A stretch of DNA of 64,000 nucleotides from Fimbriimonadaceae bacterium (GCA_039811705.1 JBDHZD010000006.1:690-64689), one strand, 5' to 3'; shown: positions 45,994 through 56,730, counted from the first letter of the stretch. The notes: generated from the sequence alone by a model not told the origin. Translations and numbers: made by a program.

Positions 45994-47328
45994 ATGTCTG
46001 AAACCACGAACCGCCCCCCTTGCTTGGATACGTTGCTCGCCAAGATCGCCCACCGGCGTTGCACCGTCGGCGTCGTCGGCATGGGCCGCGTGGGTCTGCC
46101 GTTCGCGGTCGAAGCCGCCAAAGCCGGGTTCAACGTGGTCGGCGTGGACTCCGATCCCGAGCGTGTCGCCAGCCTCAAGCGCGGTGTCTCGTACGTCGAA
46201 GACGTCCCCTCCAGCGAGATCAAGGCCCTCGTCCTGAGCGGCAAGTTGCAGGTGTTCGGCGACATCGACGACGCGCCCGACTTCGACGTCCTGACCATCT
46301 CGATCGCGACCAAGCTCGACAAGAGCGCAACGCCCGACCTTTCCAGCATGATCTCCGTGGCGGAGGAAGCCAAGCGGAAGCTCCGGAACTGCCAACTGGT
46401 CAGCATCGAATCGACGGTCTATCCGGGCGCAACCGAAGAGATTTTCCAGAAGTCCTTCGAGTCCACCGGCCTCGTCCCGGACGAAGACTTCTTCCTGGCC
46501 CACTCGCCCGAGCGCGTGGACCCGGGCAACCGGGCTTACTCCGAGAAGACGATCACTCGAGTCGTCGGTGGCATCGGCCCCAACTCGGTGGAGGCGGCCA
46601 AGGCATTCTATGAGACGGTGCTCGACCGCGTCCACGTCGTCAGCAGCACGCGGGTCGCCGAACTCACCAAGCTGTACGAAAACACGTTCCGAGCTGTCAA
46701 CATCGGCCTGGTCAACGAGATGCTCCGCGTATGCGACCACATGGGACTCGACGTGTGGGAGATTCTGGACGCCGCCAACACCAAGCCGTTCGGCATCATG
46801 CGCTTCCTTCCGGGGCCGGGCGTCGGCGGCGACTGCGTGACGCTCGACCCGCACTTCCTGGAATGGAAGGCACGCGAATACAACTTCCCCACGCGGTTCG
46901 TCGGTCTGGCGACCGACATCAACCGCTCGATGCCGGCCTACGTCATCGAGCGCCTTTGGCGCATCCTCAACGACCGAGGGTTGCCAGTGAAAGGCTCGAA
47001 GGTGCTGGTCATCGGCGCCTCGTACAAACGCGACGTCGCCGACCTTCGCGAATCGCCCGCCGTCCGCATCATGGACCTGCTAGCCGAGCGAGGCGCCGTG
47101 CTGTCCTACCACGACCCGATGGTGCCCTCGCTGAAGACGGCCCATCTGGAACTCAGAAGCGTCCAATTGACGCCCGAAACCCTGTCTCACCACGACGTGG
47201 TGATGATCCTCACCGACCACAGCACTGTGGACTATGCGCTCATCGCCGAGCACTCCAATCTGGTCTTCGACACGCGCGACGCCATGCGCCAGGTTGCGAA
47301 CGGTCACGAGCGCGTGGTCCTGCTGTGA
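45994..47328 (+). CDS. Nucleotide-sugar dehydrogenase (UDP-ManNAc/GlcNAc dehydrogenase-like)
   Basis: VGVVGMGRVGLPFAV, GPGVGGDCV catalytic Cys region. 444 aa. Confidence 0.9.
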   Translation: MSETTNRPPCLDTLLAKIAHRRCTVGVVGMGRVGLPFAVEAAKAGFNVVGVDSDPERVASLKRGVSYVEDVPSSEIKALVLSGKLQVFGDIDDAPDFDVLTISIATKLDKSATPDLSSMISVAEEAKRKLRNCQLVSIESTVYPGATEEIFQKSFESTGLVPDEDFFLAHSPERVDPGNRAYSEKTITRVVGGIGPNSVEAAKAFYETVLDRVHVVSSTRVAELTKLYENTFRAVNIGLVNEMLRVCDHMGLDVWEILDAANTKPFGIMRFLPGPGVGGDCVTLDPHFLEWKAREYNFPTRFVGLATDINRSMPAYVIERLWRILNDRGLPVKGSKVLVIGASYKRDVADLRESPAVRIMDLLAERGAVLSYHDPMVPSLKTAHLELRSVQLTPETLSHHDVVMILTDHSTVDYALIAEHSNLVFDTRDAMRQVANGHERVVLL

Positions 47329-47386
47329 ACATTGCCCTGCCATTCCCCATGAAATCCACCCAAAACCCCTCGTCTTGGAGGCTCCG

Positions 47387-48367
47387 ATGAGAGCCCTTGT
47401 CACCGGAGGCGCCGGCTTTATCGGCTCCCATCTGGCCGACGCCCTCATCCCGCAAGGGTGGAGCATCGTGGCCGTGGACGACCTGTCGACCGGCTCGCTC
47501 GACAACATCGAGCATCTGCGAAACACGGGCAAGTTCGAATTCCACCACGACACCATCCTCAACGAGCCCCTGATCGACCGGCTGGTCTCGGAGTGCGACG
47601 TGGTGTACCACCTGGCCGCTGTGGTGGGCGTGTTCGAAGTGATGCGGAGCCCGGCGCGGACCCTGCGGGTCAACCTGAAGGGTGCGGAAGTCGTCCTTGA
47701 TGCCTGCCTCAAGCACAAGAAGCGGCTGCAGATGGCTTCGACTTCCGAGGTCTACGGCAAGCATCCGGTCAACGAGCCGCTGAACGAGGAGTCGGACCGC
47801 ATCTACGGCCCCACCACCAAGCACCGGTGGAGCTACGCGGGGACCAAGGCGATCGACGAACATCTCGCCCTTGCGATGCACATGGAAGAGGGCCTCGACG
47901 CGTTCTGCACGCGCTACTTCAACACGGTCGGCCCGCGCCAATCGCCCGCCTACGGCATGGTGCTCCCCGCCTTTGTGAAGGCCGCGTTGGCCAACCAGCC
48001 CATGACGGTCTACGGCACCGGTGAGCAAACCCGGTGTTTTACGCACGTTTCCGATGCCGTGCGTGCAACTATCGACCTCATGGCGAGCGACCAATCTGCA
48101 GGCGAAGTGTTCAACATCGGAAATCCTCAGGAAATTTCGATCCTTTCGCTGGCAAAGACAGTCAAAGAAAAGACGGGATCCAAGTCGGAAATCGTGATGG
48201 TTCCCTACGACAAGGCGTACGGCGAGGGATACGAGGATATGCAGTTCCGGACGCCCGACATCGGCAAAATCCGCCGAGTGACGGGCTACGAACCTCGATA
48301 CTCTCTCGACCAGATCGTTGATTCGGTGATCGACCACATGAGGGGTCGTACGGCAGTCGGTTCGTGA
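47387..48367 (+). CDS. SDR-family NAD-dependent epimerase/dehydratase (UDP-glucuronate decarboxylase-like)
   Basis: GGAGG RBS, MRALVTGGAGFIGSHL, YAGTK catalytic motif. Confidence 0.9.
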   Translation: MRALVTGGAGFIGSHLADALIPQGWSIVAVDDLSTGSLDNIEHLRNTGKFEFHHDTILNEPLIDRLVSECDVVYHLAAVVGVFEVMRSPARTLRVNLKGAEVVLDACLKHKKRLQMASTSEVYGKHPVNEPLNEESDRIYGPTTKHRWSYAGTKAIDEHLALAMHMEEGLDAFCTRYFNTVGPRQSPAYGMVLPAFVKAALANQPMTVYGTGEQTRCFTHVSDAVRATIDLMASDQSAGEVFNIGNPQEISILSLAKTVKEKTGSKSEIVMVPYDKAYGEGYEDMQFRTPDIGKIRRVTGYEPRYSLDQIVDSVIDHMRGRTAVGS

Positions 48368-49359
48368 CTGTCCAATTGGAGATGGCGACGATGACGGTTA
48401 GAGCAGAATCGAGGAACGGAATGGCGAAGTCCATCGCGGAACCGATCGGTCAACAACTGCTGGTGGATACACGGTTGCTGACCGTGCAACCCGAGGACGA
48501 CGAAGCGACACAGAACGACCTGACCATGGCGGCGGGGCCGCTGAGTCGCATCGTGACGTGGCGGCCCGGCAATCTGGACGTCGTCCACGAGGCGCTGGCC
48601 CAAACGCAAGGCGACGTCGAAATCGTGCTGGGGCACCGCTACAGTTTGGACGAACTCTTGCAGCTTTGCCACTTGCGCTCCAGCGAGCCGCGCCTCAAAA
48701 TCTCGTGCGTGATCCGCGAAGCCTACGGACCCCTTGGCGACGAACGGGCGCGCAAGACGGGCTACGTGGCGGCGTTGGCCAAAGAACGCCTCTACAAGCG
48801 CCTGTTCGATATGGGCGTGAGCGCCGTCGTCTTGCCCATCTCGGCACCTTTCCTGATCCTGGCGGGGCTCGCCGTCAAGATCGCTTCCCCTGGCCCGGCC
48901 ATCTTCACCCAAGAGCGCAAGGGCTACCACGGCAACATCATCCGCGTCCACAAACTGCGCTCGATGCACCATACCGCGGACCGCAGCAAAGAGCACGTCC
49001 TGCGCACCGAGACCGACAACCGCGTGTTTCGTCTGGGCGACATCCTGCGCAAGCTGAAGCTCGACGAAGTGCCGCAACTGTGGAACGTGTTCAAGGGCGA
49101 AATGAGCCTCGTCGGCCCGCGCCCCTCCCCGCTCAAGCTGATGGAGGAGTACGAGAAGACCGTGCCCGGCTATCAGGTGCGCTATTGCGTCCGCCCCGGC
49201 GTCACGGGCCCGGCGCAGATCTATCTCGGCTACCATGCCTCGGCGGAAGACAAGCTGCTGTTCGATCTGTGGTACGTGCGGAACAACTCGCTCCGCACCG
49301 ACCTGCGGATGATCCTTCTCACGGTCAAGAAGATCTTCTTCGGCGAGTACAAACTGTAA
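48364..49359 (+). CDS. Polyprenyl-phosphate sugar phosphotransferase (bacterial sugar transferase family) with about 130-aa N-terminal extension
   Basis: GTGA overlap with the upstream stop. KRLFDMGVSAVVL, RVHKLRSM, LDEVPQLWNVFKGEMSLVGPRP. Confidence 0.85.
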   Translation: MTVQLEMATMTVRAESRNGMAKSIAEPIGQQLLVDTRLLTVQPEDDEATQNDLTMAAGPLSRIVTWRPGNLDVVHEALAQTQGDVEIVLGHRYSLDELLQLCHLRSSEPRLKISCVIREAYGPLGDERARKTGYVAALAKERLYKRLFDMGVSAVVLPISAPFLILAGLAVKIASPGPAIFTQERKGYHGNIIRVHKLRSMHHTADRSKEHVLRTETDNRVFRLGDILRKLKLDEVPQLWNVFKGEMSLVGPRPSPLKLMEEYEKTVPGYQVRYCVRPGVTGPAQIYLGYHASAEDKLLFDLWYVRNNSLRTDLRMILLTVKKIFFGEYKL

Positions 49360-49363
49360 GGTT

Positions 49364-50566
49364 CTAATCTGTTTCCTGTTGCTGGCGCTGAATCGTGGTG
49401 GCTGCCACGGTGAGCGCCAGCACGAACCAGAACACATCCAGCAAGTAGATGCTGCTCGACAGCAATCCGTAGATCGTGTATTGCAGGAAGATAAACCCGA
49501 TCCAGCACCATGGGTCGTGAGAAAACACGAGCTTGAGGGCTTTGAACAAGCCGTAACCCAATAGAAAGACGAACAGCACGCCTCCCAGCACACCAAGACT
49601 CATGAAGGCTTCGAGGATGGAGTTGTGCGGGTACTGATAGGTCACCTGTTCCGAAAGCCCCGATCCCAGCAACGGATTCTTCCAGAACTCCTCGATGGAA
49701 GCCGGAATCAGATTGCCTCGCCCGACTTGTCGGGCGTTGATCACACTCGACAAGGCGATGCGCTTAGCCAACGGGGTGTTGGCCAGCAAAGGCGTCTCGA
49801 GAATCAATGGAATGGAAGCCAGGCCCACGAGCAAGGCGGGCCAGATAGGCGCCCATAGCCTTCCGCGAAGCACCAAGAAACGAATCCCGTACACAGCGGC
49901 CAGAATGCCAAGCGCCAGAAACGGGCCACGAGAACCAGACAAAGCGATCATCGCCACCGATAGACCCGACATCCCTGCCCGGAACACCCATCCCAACGGA
50001 TGTTTGATCGGCGTGAAAAGGCACAGGACGATACAGCTCACACCAAGGTGGCCCAGCAAGATCGGATTGATGTTCTCGGTCGAAGCGCGACCCTGGACCA
50101 TCGCCGAATAGCCTCGGGCCAGGACCAAGCCCGCCATGGCCGCGACGACGGTAGCGGCACACACCACCCACAAGGCTTTCTGACGAGATTCTTGGGCTTC
50201 GGGATCTGAGGTCGGAATCGCAGCAAACGCCCAGACGGGGAACACCACGGATCCAAAAAAGACCAGAACGACGCGAACCGGGTCCGCCTGCAACGGAAAG
50301 ATCGACCCTACGGCATACTCGCGCACCATGCGGACGCTCATCGCCGCCATGAACAGTGCGAGCAACCACCAGAAGTCGGTGCGAGCCAGCCGCATCCGCC
50401 CACTCCAAACGGACGCGATCACCGTCAAAGCCAGCAGAGCGACGACACCGCGGTGGGCGATGCCTCCCAGCGACCCGGCCGACGGGGCGACAATGGCCGC
50501 AGTTCCCGCCCAGATCGGATAGCCGAACAGGCCGAGTCCGATCAGCCAAGGGGCGGTCCGAGTCAC
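49364..50566 (-). CDS. O-antigen ligase/polymerase-like (Wzy_C) polytopic membrane protein
   Basis: 400 aa, at least 10 TM segments, periplasmic loop with SGSRGPFLAL. Confidence 0.75.
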   Translation of the reverse strand: MTRTAPWLIGLGLFGYPIWAGTAAIVAPSAGSLGGIAHRGVVALLALTVIASVWSGRMRLARTDFWWLLALFMAAMSVRMVREYAVGSIFPLQADPVRVVLVFFGSVVFPVWAFAAIPTSDPEAQESRQKALWVVCAATVVAAMAGLVLARGYSAMVQGRASTENINPILLGHLGVSCIVLCLFTPIKHPLGWVFRAGMSGLSVAMIALSGSRGPFLALGILAAVYGIRFLVLRGRLWAPIWPALLVGLASIPLILETPLLANTPLAKRIALSSVINARQVGRGNLIPASIEEFWKNPLLGSGLSEQVTYQYPHNSILEAFMSLGVLGGVLFVFLLGYGLFKALKLVFSHDPWCWIGFIFLQYTIYGLLSSSIYLLDVFWFVLALTVAATTIQRQQQETD

Positions 50567-50640
50567 GAGGACGAGGATACCTGCCGGAACCGGTCCAACC
50601 CGAAATCAACCTCTTACGAGGACGTCGGATGCCCCCGCCC

Positions 50641-52546
50641 TCAGCGGCCCAAACGCGTTTCCAGCCGAGACCGGATCTCCACGCCGACCCAGCGCGAGCC
50701 CTTCAGGGTCAAGTGTCCGAAGTCGTATTGCACGGGAGTTTCGCCCAGCATCTGCACACACCCAGGTCCCCCGCCACACACGATCTCGTAGAGCGAGACG
50801 TAGACGGCCCCGGCTCCCTCGCAGATCGACTTCATCTGCCGATCCAGCGGCAGTCGATCCGGCTTCTGGAATGCCTCCCCCACCTTCTCGCCACGACCCC
50901 AGGCCCGGATCATCAGTTTCGGCAGGTCGCCTTCGTACTCGTTCATCGGGCCAAGCACAACCACGCGGTCGGCGAACCGGCGAACGTAACGAATCGTCGA
51001 GGGCAGCCCGGCCAAGTCTGGCTGTTGCCACCTGCCGGCCAAGAACACCGTCTCGTACCGGCGGTTCGGCAGATGAACATCGAAGATGAAACGATAGAGT
51101 TCCCGACATGGAGTTCCCGCCCCACGGTGTTCGAGCAGCGGTCGATGTCCGACCGCAGTCGCCTGACCAACGGCACGTTCAGGATAAGCCTCGGAAAGGC
51201 CGCGCCACAAATGCCCCCCATAGCTGTCGCCGACCACCAGAAAGGGATCGGCCTCCGCCAGGTCGGGGAGGCACTGCGACGCATCGTAGTCAGAATACAC
51301 GTTCCTGGGCGCTAGTTGGCATACTCCCTCGCGAAACAAGAACTTGATCTCGGCCGACCTGTTGTAGTCGAGGTAAGGACTGAGCGATGCGAATTCAGCG
51401 GGCACCCGGCTCACGTTCTTGTGGCTTCTTCTCAGCACATAGCCGGATGCCGTCAACCCGACAAGGCAGGAGATTCCGGCGAACACGATGGGCAGCGCGC
51501 CCCGCCGACGGAACGGCTCGCTCCGAAACGGCCTCTCCACCCCAAAATACGATGCAACCGAAAGGACAAAGACCAATCCGAATCGCGCCCATCAGCACGA
51601 GAGCAGGCAGACGGTCTCCGTAGTGCAGCCTTGCGAAAACGAGGACCGGCCAATGCCATAGATAGAGTGAGTACGAAACGAGCCCGATGAACACGATGGG
51701 ACGCCAAGACAACACTCGGCCCACGATGGTCCGTTCAGCAAAGCCGATCAACAGGGCAGTACCCAAGCAAGTGGGAAGAGATTTCGGCCAGAGACTCCCG
51801 ACCGACTCCGCAGTCGCCTGGGCCATGGGAACTAGGAGCAGGACGACCCCTGCGACCGAACAAGCCGTCGAGACCGCCCGCGACGCGGTCGAATCGCGAC
51901 AAGTCGCCAGCACGCATCCGATGCCAAGTTCCCACGCCCTGGCGGGCAGGAGATAGAAGGCCGCCGTGGGCCATCGCTGATCCATGAACCAGCAGGCGGC
52001 AAGGGAGAGCAGGGTAAGAACGAGAACCGGACTCCTGAGCCTCCCTCGAAAGACGGTGTGGAATAGCCACAGCAACACGGGGTACAGGAGGTAGAACTGC
52101 TCCTCGATCGCGAGCGACCATGTGTGGAGGAGGGGCATATGCCAAGCTGCCCGGCCAAAATAGTCGATGGAGTGCCAGAAGTAGATGTTGGAAATCGACA
52201 GCGACGCATTGATCAAGCTTCGCGAGTAGTCCAGCAGCTCACCGGGAAGAAGCAGTGCCATTGCCGCAAGGGTCGTAGCGACGAGGACGACGGCCAGTGC
52301 GGGAACGATCCGAAGGATGCGCCTCTTGTAGAACTCCCACAAGGAGAACGAAGAAGCAGCGAAGTCCTTCAGCAGGATGCGCGTGATGAGAAAGCCCGAC
52401 ACCACGAAAAAGACATCGACGCCCAAGAACCCGCCGGGCAGCCAGGATGCACCGGCATGGTAGCTCAACACCGACAAGATGGCGACGGCACGGAGCCCAT
52501 CGATGTGGGGTCGATAGGTCGGCGAGTCGGATCGCATGGGAGTCAC
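50641..52546 (-). pseudogene. Acyltransferase-3 (OafA/YrhL-like) plus SGNH-domain gene split by a frameshift
   Basis: The AT3 part (52546..51395) includes HIDGLRAVAILSVLSYH, FFVVSGFLI and YLWHWPV. The SGNH part in another frame (51576..50641) includes SYFGVERPFR and VVGDSYGGHLW. The frames overlap at 51395-51576. The shift must lie near 51575-51594. Confidence 0.7.
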
Positions 52547-52590
52547 AGAAGTCGCGGGTGAAAGCCGTCTTACCCCACCGGACCGGGAGC

Positions 52591-53532
52591 ATGTCCGGCG
52601 GATCGGGTATGGATACGCTCTTGGAACCCATCGCTTGGACCGCCGCCGCCCTCAGCTCGATCTACTTCGGCGCCATCTGGTTGGTGGTGCGCGTCGGGTT
52701 GCGACCGCCACGCATGCCGCTCTTCCTCACCCCAGCCGCTCTGGATTGCCCTCAGGAGGACATCGCGTTCCATACCGCCGACGGATTGACGCTTCGCGGT
52801 TGGTGGCTCCCCGCGGATGTGCCGAAGGGCTGCGTGGTGATCGCCCACGGCTACCTGATGAACCGTTGCGAGTTGTCCATCGTGGGCTCCAAGCTGCGCC
52901 AAGCGGGATGGGACGTTTTGATGTTCGACCTCCGCGCCCATGGGGAAAGCCAAGGGCAGCGTTGCGGCATGGGGTGGCACGAAGCGCGCGACGTGGAGGC
53001 TGCGGCGAACTTGGCGCGTTCGCGTTCTGGCGATCGGCCTGTGGTCCTGTTGGGCAGCAGCATGGGCGGCGCGGCATCGGCGCTGGCACTGTCCAAGGCC
53101 CCGGGATTGGCCCAAGGAATGGTGATGGACAGCGTGTACTCCCAGCTTCCCGATGCAGCCATGGGGATCTTGCGCGTGTTCGTGGGCCGCTGGGCACCGA
53201 AGGCGTTCGCGCCGGGAATCGTGCTCGCGTGGCCGATGCTGGGGTTCAAGCCGTGGAAGGTCGACCTTGCCGACCACTTGCCGCGCGTCGATTGTCCCGT
53301 GCTGATGCTCCACGGCTCACGGGATGGCCTCATTCCGCCCGACCGCGCACGCCGGAACTTCGAAGCCCTGCCTCACCCGCAGGGGCCGATCTGGTTCGAA
53401 CGGGCTGGCCACTGCGAAGGGCGAATGCTCGAACCGAAGCGGTACGTCGAGGTGGTGTTGGCGTTCTGCAACAGCGTCGCAGGTTCGGGGCGCTCACTTG
53501 AGCGTGACCAACACCCCGGCCACGATCAATAG
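52591..53532 (+). CDS. Membrane-anchored alpha/beta hydrolase
   Basis: N-terminal TM segment, HGYLMNR, nucleophile elbow GSSMGG. The start is 52591 or 52609. Confidence 0.8.
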   Translation: MSGGSGMDTLLEPIAWTAAALSSIYFGAIWLVVRVGLRPPRMPLFLTPAALDCPQEDIAFHTADGLTLRGWWLPADVPKGCVVIAHGYLMNRCELSIVGSKLRQAGWDVLMFDLRAHGESQGQRCGMGWHEARDVEAAANLARSRSGDRPVVLLGSSMGGAASALALSKAPGLAQGMVMDSVYSQLPDAAMGILRVFVGRWAPKAFAPGIVLAWPMLGFKPWKVDLADHLPRVDCPVLMLHGSRDGLIPPDRARRNFEALPHPQGPIWFERAGHCEGRMLEPKRYVEVVLAFCNSVAGSGRSLERDQHPGHDQ

Positions 53533-53861
53533 GCACCCGACCGCCAGCCGCAGGTCCAGCTTCTCCTTGAGCACGACGATGCCCAAGACTACGGCAATCA
53601 CAAAGCTGAGCTTGTCGATCGGTGCGACACGCGCCACGTCGCCACAGCCGACAGACCCAAGAACACCCAGTGCGACCGAGTCAATCCTCCGACCTTCGCC
53701 TCCCCCGTCGAGAGTGCAAGAAGCAGCGAGAAGACCAACACGAACGCCACGCGAACCAGCAATGCCGTATTCGCCGGCACGTCCTTGACACCGAGTTTGG
53801 CGAGAATCGCCGTGGCTCCCGCGAAGAGCGCCGAAAGCAGAGCCCAACCGTTGGCGGACAT
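53494..53861 (-). pseudogene. Small EamA/DMT-type transporter gene, interrupted (two frames)
   Basis: Frame 1 (53861..53598) encodes MSANGWALLSALFAGATAILAKLGVK...SHWVFLGLSAV. Frame 2 continues with GDVARVAPIDKLSFVIAVVLGIVVLKEKL...VAGVLVTLK (to 53494). The junction is near 53640-53665, and about 15 residues seem to be missing relative to my recollection of family members. Confidence 0.55.
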
Positions 53862-53927
53862 GATCAGACGTTACCGCGATCCCGCCGATGACGTGCCGGA
53901 TAGAACGGGATATGCAAGAATGGTGGC

Positions 53928-54244
53928 GGAGTCGGCCAGACGGCGGCCTCGGCGCAAGCCGGGGAGGAAAGTCCGGACTTCACAGGGCGCGGCGCCCCGG
54001 GCAATCGGGGGCGAGGCGACTCGACGGAAAGTGCCACAGAAACAAACCGCCCCGACTCGTCGGGGTAAGGGTGAAATGGTGAGGTAAGAGCTCACCGGCG
54101 TCCCGGGCAACCGGACGGCCGGGCAAACCCCGCCGGAAGCAAGGCCAAATAGGGAGGGGCTGACGCGGCCCGCCGACCCTCCGGGTTGGCCGCATAGACA
54201 AATCGCCGTCCAAGACAGAATCCGGCTTATCGGCCGACTCCACC
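53928..54244 (+). ncRNA. rnpB: RNase P RNA, bacterial type A
   Basis: P1 pairs GGAGTCGGCC with GGCCGACTCC. Conserved regions GAGGAAAGTCCGGAC, GAAAGTGCCACAGAAA, GGTAAGGGTGAAA, GGTAAGAGCTCACC and ACAGAATCCGGCTTATCGGCC are present. Compact, about 317 nt. Confidence 0.9.
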
Positions 54245-54337
54245 TCCAAAACCCTGTAGGATTGCCGGGTTTCCGCCGATACCTGCCTTGGCGGAACTCG
54301 GAAACGAGCGCCGCCACCAACAGGAAAACCGAGAAGC

Positions 54338-54601
54338 ATGGCCCGAATGCGCTCCACGTCCCAAGCCGTCTCCATCAGCGTCGCCAGTACGATCACCGGC
54401 GTCGAAGTCCATACCCTGCGCTATTGGGAAAAGGAGTTCGACGCGTTCTTGAACCCCGAGCGAACCCGCGGCGGCCAACGGCGCTACCGGCCCGAAGACA
54501 TCCAGACCGTCTTCGCCATCAAACAGCTTCTCCGCGACGAGATGTTCTCCATCGCCGGGGCGCGCAAGCATCTGGAGCGCACCCACCGGCACGCCGCGTG
54601 A
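54338..54601 (+). CDS. Small MerR-family HTH regulator
   Basis: ITGVEVHTLRYWEKEFD...GGQRRYRPEDI is a MerR-type HTH plus wing. 87 aa. Confidence 0.8.
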   Translation: MARMRSTSQAVSISVASTITGVEVHTLRYWEKEFDAFLNPERTRGGQRRYRPEDIQTVFAIKQLLRDEMFSIAGARKHLERTHRHAA

Positions 54602-54606
54602 CCCCC

Positions 54607-56637
54607 ATGTCCCCCCAATCCCAACTGGCTCTCGAGCAGTTCCGCGACGGTCGCTATCAGGAAGCCGAACGCACCGCCCTCCAATGCCCTCCGGACGAAC
54701 CCGGTCGTTGCGTCGCGCTGGGCATGGTCTACCTGCACACGCAGCGTGAAGCCGAAGCCCTCAGCTGTTTGGAGTCCGCGCCGGACGCCACGGTCGCAGC
54801 CTTGCTGGGCGAGCACCTCGCCGCCCGCCAAGCGATGGCCGCCAAGCTGAACCGTAAAGACCCCGAAGGCGAACGCATGACCGCCAGGTTCCAGTCGCTG
54901 GGCTACGCATTGCCTAAGCAAGGCGTCCGCCTGAGCGCATGCCTCATCGTCAAGGACGAAGCCGCCACGATCGACGCGTGCCTCAAGAGCCTGAGGGATG
55001 TCGTCGACGAGATCGTGGTGGTGGACACCGGCTCCACGGACGACACGATCGCTCGGGCCAAGAAGCACGGTGCGAAGGTCTACCATGCCGAGTGGACCGA
55101 CGACTTCGCCGCGGCGCGCAACGTCTCCCTGCAGCACGCTTCCGGCGATTGGGCGCTGTGGATCGACGCGGACGAAACGCTCGACCCTTCGAGCGCCGAC
55201 GCCATCCGCGAAGCCCTGATGCGGCCCCAGTTCGGCGGCTTCTTCGTGCGCATCGTGAACTATCTGGCCGACACGGGTCAAGCCGCACAATACGTCCACC
55301 GACCGATCCGTCTGTTTCGGCTGGCCGAGGGCGTGAAGTTCGTGGGCCGCATCCACGAGCAGGTTTCGCCGTCGATTCAGGCCACGGGAAGACCATGCGC
55401 CAACCTCGACGGCGTGGTGCTGCACCACTCGGGCTATCGCCCACAGGCGATGCGCGACAAGAACAAACTCGAGCGCACGATCTCGATGCTCGAGCGCGAG
55501 GTGGCCGAGCGGCCCGAGGACGGTTTCCAGTGGTTCAACCTGGCCAACGTGCTGAGCGTCGCTGGCCGGTATGCGGACGCCGAACACGCTGCGGTCCAAG
55601 CCAGCCGAAACTTTCCGCCCAAGGCTTCGTTTGTCGCGCCGGTCTACCACCTGATGGCGGTCAGCCGCATCGAGTTGGGCCGCCCGCAAGATGCCCTCGC
55701 GGCGTGCGACGAGGTGGAGCGATTGGGCCTGCACAACATCGTCAACCAGTTCAACCGTGCCCATGCTCTGATGCGGCTGCGAAGGCTCGATGAAGCGCTT
55801 GAAGCCGTCCGCGCGTGCGACGGCATGGAGTGGAACCCCGACATCCCCGGCGACTACGGCATAGTCACCCACAAGAAGCACGTTCTGGAAGGGCAAATTC
55901 TCGCGCAATCGGGTCGTTTGGACGAGGCGCTTGTCGCATTCGACGCTGCATTGGCCGTGGATCCGGATTACGACGTAGTGCTGTACTCCAAGGCGGCCAC
56001 ACTGGAACAGAAAGGCGACAAGGAACAGGCCAAGGCCGCCTATGAACGAGTGGTTGGCAGCGAAGCCCTCGACCTGCCCGCGCGCAAGGGCGCGATGCGC
56101 ATGCAACTCGCCTTAGGCGAATACGAACACGCCATCGCGATGGGCCGAGAGACTTGGGTGCGTTACATGGACGAGGACGCCTGGCTCCTTTGGGCGGGCG
56201 CCGCGGAACAGGCCAACAACCCCGTCGCCCTCGATGTGTGCTATCAGGCCTACGCGCAAGCCAACACGCCTACTCCGCAGATGTGGATCAATTGGGGACG
56301 CGTCCAAGAAGCCTTGGACAAACCTCAAAGCGCGTACGACTGCTATGCCGAAGCCATGAAGGCCGCACCACACGATCCGAACGCGTGCTTCAACGCGGCC
56401 GACCTGCTATACCGGTTGGGCTTGCACCACGAGGCCGCCGTTCTCTATCAAAACGGCCTGCAACTGGATTCGATGAAACCCGAAGGCTGGTTCTGCTTGG
56501 GCAACTGTCTGGCGCAGCTCGGCTTGGCCGATGGGGCTCGGCTGGCCTATGGCAAGACGCTCGAGCTCGACCCGCAACACGCTGGGGCGCAGCACAACCT
56601 GTCGCTGTTCGACGCGAGCCAACCCAAGGCTGCCTAG
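54607..56637 (+). CDS. TPR-repeat / family-2 glycosyltransferase fusion protein
   Basis: I trimmed the ORF to ATG 54607. The GT2 core is LSACLIVKDEAATIDACL...VVVDTGSTDDT...WIDADE, flanked by TPR repeats. Confidence 0.85.
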   Translation: MSPQSQLALEQFRDGRYQEAERTALQCPPDEPGRCVALGMVYLHTQREAEALSCLESAPDATVAALLGEHLAARQAMAAKLNRKDPEGERMTARFQSLGYALPKQGVRLSACLIVKDEAATIDACLKSLRDVVDEIVVVDTGSTDDTIARAKKHGAKVYHAEWTDDFAAARNVSLQHASGDWALWIDADETLDPSSADAIREALMRPQFGGFFVRIVNYLADTGQAAQYVHRPIRLFRLAEGVKFVGRIHEQVSPSIQATGRPCANLDGVVLHHSGYRPQAMRDKNKLERTISMLEREVAERPEDGFQWFNLANVLSVAGRYADAEHAAVQASRNFPPKASFVAPVYHLMAVSRIELGRPQDALAACDEVERLGLHNIVNQFNRAHALMRLRRLDEALEAVRACDGMEWNPDIPGDYGIVTHKKHVLEGQILAQSGRLDEALVAFDAALAVDPDYDVVLYSKAATLEQKGDKEQAKAAYERVVGSEALDLPARKGAMRMQLALGEYEHAIAMGRETWVRYMDEDAWLLWAGAAEQANNPVALDVCYQAYAQANTPTPQMWINWGRVQEALDKPQSAYDCYAEAMKAAPHDPNACFNAADLLYRLGLHHEAAVLYQNGLQLDSMKPEGWFCLGNCLAQLGLADGARLAYGKTLELDPQHAGAQHNLSLFDASQPKAA

Positions 56638-56700
56638 CTGAGAGCCGCAGCCAGCGTGCTCCCAGCGATCGCAGAATAGTCAAAAAAACCGATCTGGGCA

Positions 56701-56730
56701 TTGACATGACCCTCATAATCGTGATATCGT
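56701..56730 (+). promoter_or_regulatory. Sigma70-type promoter TTGACA-N18-TATCGT, 9 nt upstream of GTG 56740
   Basis: TTGACA at 56701-56706, 18-nt spacer, TATCGT at 56725-56730. No SD sequence before GTG 56740, so the transcript would be leaderless or near-leaderless. Confidence 0.35.

Noticed and set aside
53871-54396. Two minus-strand ORFs (149 and 138 aa) and plus-strand ORFs over 53785-54087
   Set aside because: The region is the RNase P RNA gene, whose conserved CR-I to CR-V sequences are all present. These ORFs are artefacts.
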